Assembly (NCBI GenBank): GCA_963745075.1
Contig: CAVUWV010000015.1
Coordinates: 128,001 to 192,000, forward strand
DNA from: Candidatus Hydrogenedentota bacterium
GTDB taxonomy: Bacteria > Hydrogenedentota > Hydrogenedentia > Hydrogenedentales > SLHB01
Direction of reading: 5' to 3'
DNA length: 64,000 nt
The number at the start of each line of letters is the position of its first letter. Position 1 is the stretch's first letter. A program made the translations under genes and the position numbers. Shown here piece by piece: positions 1 through 11,000 of the stretch. The notes beneath the pieces are model-generated. The model searched no databases and had not been told where the DNA came from. It saw only the letters and a program-made list of their open reading frames with translations.

Positions 1-1425
1 GCGGCCGGGGTAGGGCATGACGTAGGCGTGGCCGACTTCTCCGTAGATCGAGTCGGGTATGCCGATGACGGCCGCCATGAGCACGCCGGGGAAGGATTCG
101 ATGGCGTCCTCGACCTCGCGGGGATAGACGTTTTCGCCGCCGCTGATGAACATCTCGGATTTGCGGCCCACAATCTGGATGTAGCCATCTTCGTCCATAG
201 ACGCCAGATCGCCGGAGTAATACCAGCCCTCCGCGTCGATGACTTCTGCCGTCAGATCGGGTTGCTTGAAGTACCCTTTCATCAGAAACGGGCCACGCAT
301 AGCGATCTCGCCGACCTCGCCGGGGGGCAGCGGTTGGCGATTGTCATCCACAATGCGCAGCTCGAACTCCGGCGCGGCCTTTCCGGCGCTGTGCAATAAC
401 CGGTCCTTGCCGTCGTCGGGCTCCGTGTAGGTGATAAACCCGCACACCTCCGTCGAGCCGTAACCGGTAAGCACCTTGGCTCCCGTCTGTTCGGCAATGC
501 CGGTGAGCACGTCGACCACCAGCGCCGTGGCGGGCGAGCCGGACCAGATGAAGGCGGTCACGCTGCTCCAGTCCGTCTCCGGAAACGTGGGAACGCCGAA
601 TTCCATGAGGAACATGGCGGGCACCTGGCCAAAGATGTTGACCCGTTCCTTGGCGACCGTTTCGAGCGTGGCCGCGGGATCGAACCGGTCCATCATCACG
701 CAAGTGCCGCCCGCGTAAACGCAGGCGTACCCGATTTCGACGTCGGCCGCCACGTGGTTGATGGGGAAGTGCAACATGCCGCGAATCCCGGGCCCCATTT
801 GAAAGCAGCGTGACTGCACGGCAAGATTAGCGAGAATGCTGCGATGGGTGTGGACGACGCCTTTAGGCTTGCCTGTCGAACCGGAGGTGTACATGAGTAG
901 CGCCTCGTCATCCGGCTTGCCGGAGGCCGCGCGCCCGGTCAAGTCCTTGTCCAATTCCGAGCGAGGCGCGGCGGTGTATTCCGCGAAGGAATCCGTCCCT
1001 GCCACGGGTTCGCCGATGACGAGAACCTTATCGAGGAACGAAAACTCGTTCGCCAGCGCCGTTAAGTCCTCGCCCAAATCGCGATCCAGGTACGACCGCA
1101 CCGCGATCAGCACCGTGGGATGGCAGTCCGCGATGATAAATCGAAGCTCCTCCAGCCGGAACTTCGGCGACAGCCCGAGCCACACCGCGCCCACTTTATT
1201 CGCCGCCATGTAAGTGGTCAGGAATTCCGGCCGCGCCATCGAGAGGAGCGCGACCCGGTCTCTGGGTTCCACGCCTGCCTCCAGTAAGGCCTTCGCGATT
1301 CTATCGACCTCGTCCTTCAGCCACGCATAGTCATGCCGTTCCGCCCCAAACACAATAGACTCACGGTCCGGGGTGCTCGATGCCCACTTGTCCACGTAGT
1401 GCCATGTCAGGGTGGGGGCGTCCAC
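1..1425 (-). CDS. Acyl-CoA synthetase / long-chain fatty acid-CoA ligase (AMP-binding), 3' end outside window
   Basis: Absent from the ORF track; translated by hand from GTG at 1425 (MDAPTLTWHYVDKWA...). Contains AMP-binding motif LLMYTSGSTGKPKGVVHTH (about 844-900) and TGYGSTE. Starts 3 nt after the stop of the upstream hydratase gene. Confidence 0.9.
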   Translation of the reverse strand, partial: MDAPTLTWHYVDKWASSTPDRESIVFGAERHDYAWLKDEVDRIAKALLEAGVEPRDRVALLSMARPEFLTTYMAANKVGAVWLGLSPKFRLEELRFIIADCHPTVLIAVRSYLDRDLGEDLTALANEFSFLDKVLVIGEPVAGTDSFAEYTAAPRSELDKDLTGRAASGKPDDEALLMYTSGSTGKPKGVVHTHRSILANLAVQSRCFQMGPGIRGMLHFPINHVAADVEIGYACVYAGGTCVMMDRFDPAATLETVAKERVNIFGQVPAMFLMEFGVPTFPETDWSSVTAFIWSGSPATALVVDVLTGIAEQTGAKVLTGYGSTEVCGFITYTEPDDGKDRLLHSAGKAAPEFELRIVDDNRQPLPPGEVGEIAMRGPFLMKGYFKQPDLTAEVIDAEGWYYSGDLASMDEDGYIQIVGRKSEMFISGGENVYPREVEDAIESFPGVLMAAVIGIPDSIYGEVGHAYVMPYPGR

Positions 1426-1428
1426 GGA

Positions 1429-2319
1429 TTAGCGGTTCCCGCTTTTACTCAGCTCGACATAGCCGTCGCTGATGGCGCGCTTGCCGTCAGCGTTCTCGAT
1501 CTCGAAAAAAACCTGGTCCGTCGCGTCACGTTCGGTCTTGCCCAGGAGCCGGACCGTGATGTTGGTGTCGGGCCGCACCATGCCGGAGAACCGGCAACTG
1601 ACCCGCTTTAACCGGCGTGGGTCGGCATCCGCTTCCCGGTCGACGATGTCGCGAAGCGCCCAAGAGAGTGTGCAGGTGCCTTGCAGGATTGCGCCGGGCA
1701 GGCCGACCCATTTTGCGAACTTGGTGGACGTGTGAATGGGGTTATGGATGTCCGCGCACCCGTCGTAGACATGGGCCGCCAGGGGGTGGACGTGCAACTC
1801 CTCCTGCCACAGCGGTCCGTTGGTCCCTTCGAATTTAGGCACATCGGGAATGTTCTCCGCACCCGACCCCTTGTCCGTACACTTGACGCCGCGCAGCAGC
1901 GACCCGGCATATTCGGTAAATACCGGTTCTCCTTTTTCGTTCTTGGCGCGACACCGAATAGTCAGGAAGGTCCCGGCCCGGTGGGGCATTACCGCAGCGA
2001 GATCCGCGACGATGGTCAGCTTGTCGCCGGGCCGCATGACACGGTGGAACTCGATGGTTTCCGTATAGTGGACCTGCCGCACCAGTACCTCGAGGGGAAA
2101 CTTGTCAGGATCCCAGTACAACTCGGCGTCTTTTCCGAAGGGCCACGTGAGCGCCACGCTGAGCATGGGAGGCGCGATAATGCCTTCTTCGCGTTCATCG
2201 TGAAAATACCAGGGATTGTTGTCATCCACGGCTGCGGCAAAATTCATGGCGTGCCGCCAGGTAATCTCGTGCGCGAGCGGTTTGGACACACTACCCGTAT
2301 AGGAAGACGTAACTTTCAT
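1429..2319 (-). CDS. MaoC-type double-hotdog dehydratase, (R)-specific enoyl-CoA hydratase 2-like
   Basis: Two hotdog halves: N-terminal FAAAVDDNNP..APP and C-terminal hydratase-2 motif DIHNPIH..AKWVGLPGAILQG..RFSGMVRP. Confidence 0.85.
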   Translation of the reverse strand: MKVTSSYTGSVSKPLAHEITWRHAMNFAAAVDDNNPWYFHDEREEGIIAPPMLSVALTWPFGKDAELYWDPDKFPLEVLVRQVHYTETIEFHRVMRPGDKLTIVADLAAVMPHRAGTFLTIRCRAKNEKGEPVFTEYAGSLLRGVKCTDKGSGAENIPDVPKFEGTNGPLWQEELHVHPLAAHVYDGCADIHNPIHTSTKFAKWVGLPGAILQGTCTLSWALRDIVDREADADPRRLKRVSCRFSGMVRPDTNITVRLLGKTERDATDQVFFEIENADGKRAISDGYVELSKSGNR

Positions 2320-2424
2320 TGAATGACTCCCATTTCACCGGATACAGCGGTCAAACGGTAGCATGTTTTTCCGCCCAATTCGAGTCCGTCGTCGATCGCC
2401 CCCGATTTGCTGATAAAACGGACG

Positions 2425-2510
2425 CGCAACGTAGATGCGGCTTCCACCCGCGTTGATTCATTGGGCCACGAGTCCGATCTAACGCGGCTGGAAGCCGCGT
2501 TTACGTTGCG
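2425..2510. repeat. GTAG-type REP inverted pair (REPIN-like)
   Basis: CGCAACGTAGATGCGGCTTCCACCCGCGTT (2425-2454) matches the reverse complement of 2481-2510 at 27/30; each arm has a GCGG..CCGC palindrome after GTAG/GTAA. Confidence 0.8.
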
Positions 2511-2559
2511 TGCCGCGTTTGACAATCGAGAGTTCGCCGACTTGCTTGGAATGCGATTG

Positions 2560-3417
2560 TTACGCACGGTCCAAATATTTGAGAACAATTTTGTCGCGCC
2601 ACCGGTCGGGCAGGTGGGTCAGCAGCTTCTGGATCTTCGCATCTCGCCCCACGATGTAGCGCGTGCGGGGCTTCGGGGCCGTGAAGGCGTGAGCCACCAC
2701 TCGGGACACCGCGTCCGCCGGGACCGCGTCCCTGGCGGTCCTGCGCGCCGTGCGCGTGGCCATCTGGATAAGGGGGCCGTACAACTCGGTAGTTTCCGGC
2801 GGCAACTCGCCCAAGCGTTCGGTCGCTGCTTTCATGGACTTCTCCCAGATCGGCGTTGCTATGGCGCCCGGTTCGATGATGATCACTTCGATGCCCCAAG
2901 GCCGAAGTTCCATGCGCAGCGTGTCGGTGACCGCTTCGAGGGCGAATTTCGATGCACTGTAAGGCCCGCCCATCACCATGGACAAGCGGCCGGCAATTGA
3001 ACCGATGTTGACGATTCGCCCCCGGGCCTTTCGGATCAGGGGCAGGAATGCCTGAGTCACCGCGACCTGCCCGACGATATTGATTTCGAGTTGGCGGCGT
3101 AGATCGTCCAGTGGCGTGAATTCAAGGGGGCCATTTACGCTGACCCCGGCGTTGTTGAGCAGTCCGGCGAGGCCCCGTTCGCCGGTGGCTTTGGATACGG
3201 ATTCCGTCGCCAGCGCGATCTGCCGCGCGTCGGTCACGTCCAGGATGACGGGCGTAAGTCCTTTGGGACATGCGCCTCGCAGCGCGGTTCCGTCGGCTTC
3301 CTTGCGAACCCCGGCAAACACGTGGAAACCCAATTCCGCGAGATGAAGCGCTGCCGCCTTTCCGATTCCCGTGGATGCGCCGGTTACAACGATCGCACCT
3401 CGGCCCGAGTCGGTCAT
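2560..3417 (-). CDS. Classical SDR family NAD(P)-dependent oxidoreductase
   Basis: TGASTGIG, NNAG, catalytic YSASK, IEPG. Confidence 0.95.
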   Translation of the reverse strand: MTDSGRGAIVVTGASTGIGKAAALHLAELGFHVFAGVRKEADGTALRGACPKGLTPVILDVTDARQIALATESVSKATGERGLAGLLNNAGVSVNGPLEFTPLDDLRRQLEINIVGQVAVTQAFLPLIRKARGRIVNIGSIAGRLSMVMGGPYSASKFALEAVTDTLRMELRPWGIEVIIIEPGAIATPIWEKSMKAATERLGELPPETTELYGPLIQMATRTARRTARDAVPADAVSRVVAHAFTAPKPRTRYIVGRDAKIQKLLTHLPDRWRDKIVLKYLDRA

Positions 3418-3531
3418 GTCGATGTCCTTTCTTGCAGTTCAGACGAAGAGGCGTCATTCTAGCAGCCAAGCGACGCGGGAGCGAGCGCCGCGAGAATCCG
3501 TCACAATCAGGTAAAGATATTAGGTCGTCCC

Positions 3532-4362
3532 ATGGCAGTTGTCGAACCGGTTACATCGTCCCATTCAGCATTGCTTCATGAACGTCTTGAGGCGCTCTAT
3601 CGCCGGCTGAACCGTCGCGACTATATCTCGCCCGATCCCATGCAGTTCCTCCTCGACTACCCGGATCCGGCCGATCGCGAGATTGTCGCGTTGGTGGCGT
3701 CCGCATTGGCCTTCGGCAACGTCCGGCAGATCCTGAGGAGCGTTTCGTCCGTTTTGGAACACATGCCCTCGCCGGCCCATTTCCTCGATATGGCGGGCAA
3801 GGGATCGCTCGAACATACATTTCGAGGGTTCCGGCATCGCTACGTGGCGGACGCGGAACTTGTGGACCTCCTATACGGTATCAAGTTCGTCCGCGAAGCG
3901 TACGGTTCGCTGCAATCCGCCTTTGTCGCAGGATGGGGCCCGGACGATACGACGGTGCTGCCGGCACTGGCGCTGTTCACAAGAAACCTGATTTCTCACG
4001 GCCGGTTGCCGAAGAATTATCTCTTGCCGGAACCGGAACGGGGAAGTGCCTGCAAGCGGCTGCACCTGTTTATGCGATGGATGGTCCGTCAGGATGAGGT
4101 GGATCTCGGTGGCTGGGACACCATCCACCCCCGTACGCTCCTGATTCCGCTGGACACCCACATGCACCGGCTATCCCGGTCGCTCGGGCTGACGAATCGT
4201 TCGGCCGCCAATATTCGGACTGCGTTGGAGGTGACTGGGGCCTTCCGCGCCATGGTTCCGGACGACCCGGTCCGGTACGATTTCGCCTTGACAAGGCTGG
4301 GCATCCGCGACGATACTAATGCAGGTGAGTTCCTCCGGGAATGCGGCCTGACGGTGTTGTAG
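3532..4362 (+). CDS. TIGR02757 / DUF2400 family protein
   Basis: DP..DREIVAL..LAFGNV, SACKRLHLFMRWMVR, VDLGGW, LIPLDTH, DPVRYDFAL. Confidence 0.9.
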   Translation: MAVVEPVTSSHSALLHERLEALYRRLNRRDYISPDPMQFLLDYPDPADREIVALVASALAFGNVRQILRSVSSVLEHMPSPAHFLDMAGKGSLEHTFRGFRHRYVADAELVDLLYGIKFVREAYGSLQSAFVAGWGPDDTTVLPALALFTRNLISHGRLPKNYLLPEPERGSACKRLHLFMRWMVRQDEVDLGGWDTIHPRTLLIPLDTHMHRLSRSLGLTNRSAANIRTALEVTGAFRAMVPDDPVRYDFALTRLGIRDDTNAGEFLRECGLTVL

Positions 4363-4379
4363 ACAGGTTCCCCCGGAGG

Positions 4380-4402
4380 CCCCTTCAAGCACCTTGAAGG
4401 GG
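4380..4402. terminator. Hairpin after TIGR02757 gene, possible terminator
   Basis: CCCCTTCAAG-CAC-CTTGAAGGGG perfect 10-bp stem just after the stop; no U-tract. Confidence 0.4.
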
Positions 4403-4579
4403 AGGCGTAGTACCGGCTGCGGGAAGCGCCGTCACCGGAGGGGTATCCGCTCGTTCGACGGGGGCCGTTTTGCATACAGCGAAACGAGAATACAACCACG
4501 AACACGGTGCGGTCGAAGTGCGCCTCCGCTGCAACAATTCTATGAACAAAACCAGAATCGGTAGTAAGGAGAAATTGCT

Positions 4580-5176
4580 ATGACATCTTTGGTTACCAAA
4601 CCCGCCCCGGACTTCAAATCTCAGACGGTGATGCCGGACAATTCGTTCGCCGAAAAGTCCCTGACGGAATTGCGCGGCGGAAAGTACGCCGTCGTGTTCT
4701 TTTATCCCTTGGATTTCACCTTTGTGTGTCCGTCCGAGATCATCGCGTTCGACAAGAAGTTGGGCGAGTTCAAAAAGCGGAATTGCGAGGTCATCGGCAT
4801 CTCAGTCGATTCCCACTTCACGCACCTCGCGTGGAAAAACACCCCGGTCAACAAAGGGGGGATCGGAAACGTGCAGTACCCGTTGGTCGCCGATCTGACA
4901 AAGCGAATCGCGGAAGACTACGGGGTGCTGCTGCCGGAGGCCGGTGTGGCACTGCGCGGTTTGTTCCTGATCGACAAAGAGGGGATCATTCGCCACGCCC
5001 TGGTCAACGACCTTCCATTGGGTCGAAACATCGCCGAAGCGCTGCGCCTGCTGGACGCCCTGCAATTCCACGAAAAGCACGGCGAGGTTTGCCCGGCTAA
5101 TTGGAAAGACGGCGAAGAAGGCATGATAGCCACGGCCGACGGCGTCGCGGAGTACTTGGCCAAATTCGCGAACTAA
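4580..5176 (+). CDS. ahpC: Typical 2-Cys peroxiredoxin (AhpC/TSA)
   Basis: FYPLDFTFVCPSE and EVCPANW motifs; AAGGAG RBS. Confidence 0.95.
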   Translation: MTSLVTKPAPDFKSQTVMPDNSFAEKSLTELRGGKYAVVFFYPLDFTFVCPSEIIAFDKKLGEFKKRNCEVIGISVDSHFTHLAWKNTPVNKGGIGNVQYPLVADLTKRIAEDYGVLLPEAGVALRGLFLIDKEGIIRHALVNDLPLGRNIAEALRLLDALQFHEKHGEVCPANWKDGEEGMIATADGVAEYLAKFAN

Positions 5177-5201
5177 AGACGGCCCGAAATACGCAAATGG
5201 T

Positions 5202-5415
5202 TTATCCCCGAGTTTTCACACGCTCCAACCATTGGGGCTGTACCCCCAGTCCACTCTGGAGTTTCTTATGCCGTTCCGAACTCTTTGGGTTCACAGAGTG
5301 CGTGTGAAAATTCCTCAACAGTGAGCCGACAGTTTATCTCGCGAGCATTTCATACCGCGTCGAAGGTAATGGTCCGCGACACAAAGACTTTCGGGCGGTG
5401 AGAAATGCGGATTAT
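5202..5415. mobile_element. Degenerate MITE-like element, same family as 42271-42398
   Basis: TTCGGGCGGTGAGAAATGCGGA (5390-5411) is identical to 42373-42394; left end TATCCCCGAGTTTTCACACGC matches TAGCCCGGAATTCTCACACGC (42272) at 17/21. Confidence 0.55.
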
Positions 5416-5444
5416 GGGCGTTGGCGTTTCGGCGTCAACGCCCA
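5415..5444. terminator. Hairpin between convergent genes
   Basis: TGGGCGTTGGCGT-TTCG-GCGTCAACGCCCA, 13-bp stem including two G-U pairs, UUCG loop. Confidence 0.55.
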
Positions 5445-5455
5445 CGTGCTGTTTG

Positions 5456-6562
5456 CTAATCGGCATCCGCCAGCGCAGCGCGCTCGTTCCCGTTCTCCTT
5501 CGCGAGTGATTTGTTGACCTTGACGCCATTGCGGCTCAACTCGACGAAGCCGAATCCCTCGCGATACAGGGAATAAAGGCCCAGAATCAGAATGGGAATC
5601 ATGTTCGATAGGTGCGTGACGATGGCGATGGCAATGGCGTCGGGCAGCTTAACGCCCGGTACCGTCATCAAAAGTCCCGCCACAATGGGGATATGAAACT
5701 GGCCCAGCATCCCCGGTACTCCGGGGGCGCTCACGAAGAGGGCCAGAACCGTTTGGATGACAAACGGCGCATACCACGGCCAGTCCAGTTGAAACGCCTG
5801 CATGAAACAGGGGTAGCTGATCAGAAAGGCCGTCCACGTCAGCGCGTTAAATGTCAGGGTCCCGGCCATGTCGCCGACGGAGTGAAACACGTGCAGCCCC
5901 TGCGCGAACTGTTCGAAGATGTGACATGCCCACGCGGCCAGTCGCTTGGATACGAGGCCCACCACCCCGCGCGTCAACCGCAGCACCATGTCCTGCTTCC
6001 AATACAGGAGAATCAACGTTGCCAGAATGAAGAGCAACATCGTTGCCGTGCCTTCCCCGCCGGCGGTAATGAGTGACTTGGGGATGGTCGGCGGATGCTT
6101 CAGGCCAAAGAGTCCGGATGGGAGTTTGATGTCGCTTTCCGGGCGGTAGGCGATAACCGCAACGAGCATGACGCCCATCAGGCCAATGAGATCGGTCACG
6201 CGGTCCAGCGCACAGACAGCCAGGCTTTTCGAGAAGGCCATTTTGCTCAGGCGGCTCAGTACGAGGGGGCGGACGATCTCGCCCAAACGCAAACCAATCG
6301 TGAAATTCACGAGAAATGCGAGCTGGGTGGCGCTGAACATGCTCCGGAAACTCGCGGGATGCACCGCGCGCACCACATATTTCCAGCGAAAAATCCGAAG
6401 CCAGAAACTTGCCCATATCGGAATTTGGGCGGCCAAAAGCCAGCCCACGTGCATCTGGGTGAGGGACTCATAGAGGTCCCCCCACTTGACTCCCCGGAAG
6501 AGCAGCCACGTCAATAACACGGCAACTGCAAGGCTGGCAACGATCTGGATGGTGCGTTTCAT
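5456..6562 (-). CDS. Lysylphosphatidylglycerol synthase TM-domain / UPF0104 flippase-like membrane protein
   Basis: Multi-TM; RIFRW, N..LRLGEIVRP, LDRVTD, PGVPGMLGQFH. Start moved to ATG 6562 (MKRTIQ). Confidence 0.85.
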   Translation of the reverse strand: MKRTIQIVASLAVAVLLTWLLFRGVKWGDLYESLTQMHVGWLLAAQIPIWASFWLRIFRWKYVVRAVHPASFRSMFSATQLAFLVNFTIGLRLGEIVRPLVLSRLSKMAFSKSLAVCALDRVTDLIGLMGVMLVAVIAYRPESDIKLPSGLFGLKHPPTIPKSLITAGGEGTATMLLFILATLILLYWKQDMVLRLTRGVVGLVSKRLAAWACHIFEQFAQGLHVFHSVGDMAGTLTFNALTWTAFLISYPCFMQAFQLDWPWYAPFVIQTVLALFVSAPGVPGMLGQFHIPIVAGLLMTVPGVKLPDAIAIAIVTHLSNMIPILILGLYSLYREGFGFVELSRNGVKVNKSLAKENGNERAALADAD

Positions 6563-6701
6563 TACGGCGTCGATTCCTAGGATGAGGAGCGAACTATAGC
6601 ACACGGAGCAAATTCGTTCATCTCCTGGCGCGGTTCGGGGGGCTACCGGAATCCGCGACGAGTCCCGCTAAACCAATTCTCTGTACGCTGCATCAAACGA
6701 A

Positions 6702-8090
6702 ATGGAGCGTGGGAAAGGGGGGGAGCGGCCGGTCTGGTTTCAGTACCGGTTGCGCGTAATGGGAGTGTTCAGCGTGCGACGAAAATCAATAGCGCCCGCC
6801 GCGATCGGCACGTTCGCGTTGCTGGCGGGCCTCGGCATCATGGTTGCGCTCATCGCCATGCGCCGGCCCCCGGCCGGTGCGACGGTTCAGGTTACGGAAA
6901 ACGCGATGCATGTCGAGGCGCTGCGTGTTGTTCCCCGTGACGTGCCCGTTACGATTGTCGGATACGGTCAGGTGAACGTGCTTAAGACCGTGGAGGTGGC
7001 CCCCGAAGTCTCGGGCAAGGTCGTTTCCATACATCCCAACCTGGTTGCCGGAGGCATCATCCCGAAAGGAGAAACCCTTTTCGAAATCGACGCGGAGCCG
7101 TATCGCGCGCAGGTTACGGACGTCGAAGCCACGGTGACCCAGTTGGAAGCAACGATTGCGCGTCTCCGTAAAGAGCAGAAGAACGAGCAGGAACGGCTGG
7201 AGTCGCTGCAACGCGCCCGGGATATCGCCGAAGCGCAGTTCGAGCGGCTGAAGGAACTCATTGCCGAAGACGTGGGGACTGAGACCGGCGTGGACGCTGC
7301 CGAGGCGGCGTACGTGACGACGCGGGACGAAGTAGACCAGTTGAACCACGAACTCGATCTGTACCCCAATCGAATCCGTGAGGCGCAAGGAACGTTGGAG
7401 TCCGCTCAGGCCAAACGTGAACTCGCGCGCATCAGCCTTGGCAAGACGCGAGTGGTCGCTCCGTTTGACGCCCGCGTAAAGCAGCGGTCCGTGGAGAAGG
7501 ATCAATTCCTCAATGCCGGTATGGATGTGCTTGAACTCGCCGACGATTCCATTCTAGAAATCCGCGTGCCGCTCGACAGCCGCGATGCCCGGCGGTGGTT
7601 ACAGTTTCGTGAAGGCCGCCCGGGCGGCAGCATGGCATGGTTCTCCGACCCGGATCCGGTGGAATGCGCGGTGCTGTGGACTGAAGACGAGAACGGAGCA
7701 TCGTGGGCGGGGATCCTCGATCGCGTCGAGTCCTTTGATGAAACGTCACGGACGCTGACCGTGGCCATACGCATCGACGGGCGAACGGCGACCGGTCCCG
7801 ATCGTCTGCCGCTAGTCGAGGGGATGTTCTGCCGCGTGGAAATTCCCGGCCGGGTCATGAAGAGCGTGTTCGCGATCCCCCAGAGTGCCGTCACCATCGC
7901 GAATACCGTGTTTACCTCCGCTGACAACCGGCTCAAAACGGCGCCCATAGACGTGGCGCGTCTGCAAGGCCCGTTCGCGTACGTCTCCGGGGGCCTCGAA
8001 TCCGGTGATCTCGTCATAACGACCCGCCTGGTGAACCCCCTGGACCATACGCTGCTCAACGTCACCGTCGTATCCGAGGCAACGCCGTGA
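6702..8090 (+). CDS. RND efflux periplasmic adaptor (membrane fusion protein)
   Basis: N-terminal anchor, PEVSGKV lipoyl half-motif, long coiled coil, APFDARV; overlaps next gene (GTGA). True start may be 6759 or 6774. Confidence 0.9.
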   Translation: MERGKGGERPVWFQYRLRVMGVFSVRRKSIAPAAIGTFALLAGLGIMVALIAMRRPPAGATVQVTENAMHVEALRVVPRDVPVTIVGYGQVNVLKTVEVAPEVSGKVVSIHPNLVAGGIIPKGETLFEIDAEPYRAQVTDVEATVTQLEATIARLRKEQKNEQERLESLQRARDIAEAQFERLKELIAEDVGTETGVDAAEAAYVTTRDEVDQLNHELDLYPNRIREAQGTLESAQAKRELARISLGKTRVVAPFDARVKQRSVEKDQFLNAGMDVLELADDSILEIRVPLDSRDARRWLQFREGRPGGSMAWFSDPDPVECAVLWTEDENGASWAGILDRVESFDETSRTLTVAIRIDGRTATGPDRLPLVEGMFCRVEIPGRVMKSVFAIPQSAVTIANTVFTSADNRLKTAPIDVARLQGPFAYVSGGLESGDLVITTRLVNPLDHTLLNVTVVSEATP

Positions 8091-11000
8091 AGAACCTCCT
8101 CACCGCCATCGTCAGCAACAACGTATTCGCGAATGTCCTTCTCGCCATCATCATGGTCGTCGGCATACTGGCCGCGACCCGTCTCGTGCGTGAAAGCATG
8201 CCCCAATTCTCCATCGACCTCATCTTTGTGGAGGTCCCTTTTCCCGGCGCCGATCCCGAGGAGGTCGAGGAGGGCGTCTCCCAACGGATCGAAGCGGTCA
8301 TCGACGGTCTGGAAGGCGTAAAACGCTACACCACCGGCTCGTGGGAGGGGCGGGCAACGGTCCAGATCGAGGTTGCGGAGGGTTATGACGTTCGGGAGGT
8401 CAAGGACGAAGTCCAGAACGCTGTCGATTCGATCGCTACGTTTCCGGCGCGGGTCGAGCGGCCGCTGATATCGGAGATTAAGGATGAGGAGTTTGTAATT
8501 GCGCTGGCCTTGTACGGAGACGTGCCGGAGCGCCAGTTGAAAGAATGGGCGGAAGACGTGCGCGGCAAACTGCAACGAACCCACGGGATTTCTCTCGTGG
8601 AAGTAGGCGATACGCGCCCCTATGAGATCGCCATCGAAATCTCGAAGGAGAAGCTGCTCGAATACAACCTCACACTCGGCGAAGTTAGCGAAGCGGTCCT
8701 TCGCGGCAGCTTCAATCTCCCGGCCGGCACGATTCGCACCGAGGGCGAAGATATCCGGATTCGCATGATAGGGCGCAAATATACGGGGCGCGAATTTGGC
8801 GCAATCGTCATTCGCTCGTCCATGAATGGCGACTTGGTCACCTTGGACAAAATCGCCACCATCCGCGACGGTTTTGCGGAAGATCCCGCGTACGCCTCGT
8901 TTAATGGGCATCCAAGCGTGATTGTCGAAGTGACGAAAGCGCCCGGGGAAGACGCGCTGACCATTGCCAACGCTGTGAAGCGCTTCGCGATTCAACAAAG
9001 CAAGACGTTGCCGCCGCAACTGCACATCGAGCAGTGTTTCGACGATTCGGAGTTTGTGCGTGGGCAGTTGGAATTACTGGCCCGCAACGGCATTTTCGGA
9101 CTCATTCTGGTGGTGGGGATTCTCTGGTTCTTCCTCAATTCCCGTCTCAGTTTCTGGATCGCCATGGGGATTCCCATTTCGCTCAGCGGCGCGCTTATCC
9201 TGATGTGGGCGCTCGGCCAGACGATCAATCAAATTTCGCTCATCACCTTCATCATCGTGCTGGGAATCATTGTGGACGACGCGATCGTAGTCGGCGAGGC
9301 CATATTCGTGCATCGGCGGCAAGGTAAACCGGCGTTGGAAGCCGCCGTCGAAGGGGTTCGGGAAGTGGGTGCACCCGTGATTGCCGCGGTGCTGACCACG
9401 ATTGCCGCGTTCCTGCCCCTGGCCTTTGTCCCAGGTATCATGGGAAAAGTCATCGTCATCATGCCGATCGTCGTGATATCCGCGCTGCTGGTTTCGCTCG
9501 TGGAATGCTTGTTCTTACTGCCGGCCCACCTCAATCATCTTCCGCCGATCCTGCCCCACGACCGCCCGGCAACGACATGGAAGGAACGCGCGATGCGGTT
9601 CCACGAATTCACCGGCCGGATGCTGGAAGGGTTTGCCGAGCAGATGTACGCGCCGTTTGTGCGCCGCGTGGTTCATCACCGCTACGTCACGCTTTGTATT
9701 GCTCTGAGCGTCGTGCTGATGACGACCGGTCTGGTCGGCGGTGGAATCGTGCGCGTGGTGTTCTGGCCTCCGGTCGACGGCAACACCCTTCGCGCCACGG
9801 TCGAGTTTCCTTCGGGAACGCCATTCGGATTGACGCGCGACGCGGTGGAAGAGACCCGGGAAGCATTCGAACGCGTGGCCGCGCGCACAAAAACAGTCAG
9901 CGGCGAACCGCTGATACGGAACATCTACACGCAGGTATACCAGCGCACTCCCTACCTTGGCCGCGTCATCGTGGAGATGATCAATCCGTCGAAACGGGGC
10001 GTCCATTCCCAGGAGTTGGCCGCCGCGTGGGAACGAGAGGTCGGGCCCATACCCGGAGCGGTACAGCAATCCTTCGTCGAGGATCAGGTCGGGATGGATG
10101 GTCCGCCCATCGAGATTTGGCTGCAAGGTAAGGATCTCGACGCGTTGCGTGCGGCTGCCGACGAACTCAAGGCGAAGTTGCGCGAGTATGACGGCATATT
10201 CCAGGTGGCCGACGATTTCCGTTCGGGCAAGACCGAACTGCGCGTGCATCTCAAACCGGAAGCCCACACGCTCGGCCTGACGCTGGACCAGGTCGCCCAA
10301 CAGCTTTATGCAGGATACTACGGCGAAGAAGCCATTCGCATGCAACGGGGTCGCGACGACATGCGGGTCCGCGTGCGGTATCCCGAAGATGAGCGGCGGA
10401 CCTTGTCCGAACTGGAACGCATCCGGGTCCGGACGCCGCGCGGCATGGAAGTGCCCATTCTCTCCGTCGCCAAGGTGGAACTGGCGGAAGGGGTCTCGAA
10501 TATCAAAGGCAGTAACGGGCTGCGGCGCATCGCCGTCACGGCGGACGTGGACGTGACGCGCGCGAATTCAAGCGAAATTGTCGCCGAGTTGAGCGAAGGG
10601 TATTTGGATGATCTTACCACTCGGTACGGACAACTCACGTGGTCCGTCGAGGGCGTCGAAGAAAGCAATCAGGAAACCTTGGCCGGTCTGAAGGAAGGAT
10701 TCATAATCGCCCTGCTCGGCATCTACACGATCATGGCGACCATCTTTCGCTCGTACATTCAGCCGCTGGTGATTCTGGCGATCGTGCCCTTCGGCATGGT
10801 GGGCGCGGTGTTCGGTCACCTCGCGCTGGGGATTCCTGTGACTTTTCTGAGCCTCTTCGGTATCGTCGCGCTGGCGGGCGTGGTCGTGAACGACTCCATC
10901 GTGTTGACCGAGTGCGTAAACAACCTCCTGGCGGAAGGCGCTGTCTTCATGGATGCGGTTTGTATGGGCGGTGTGCGCCGGTTTCGCGCCATCTTCCTGA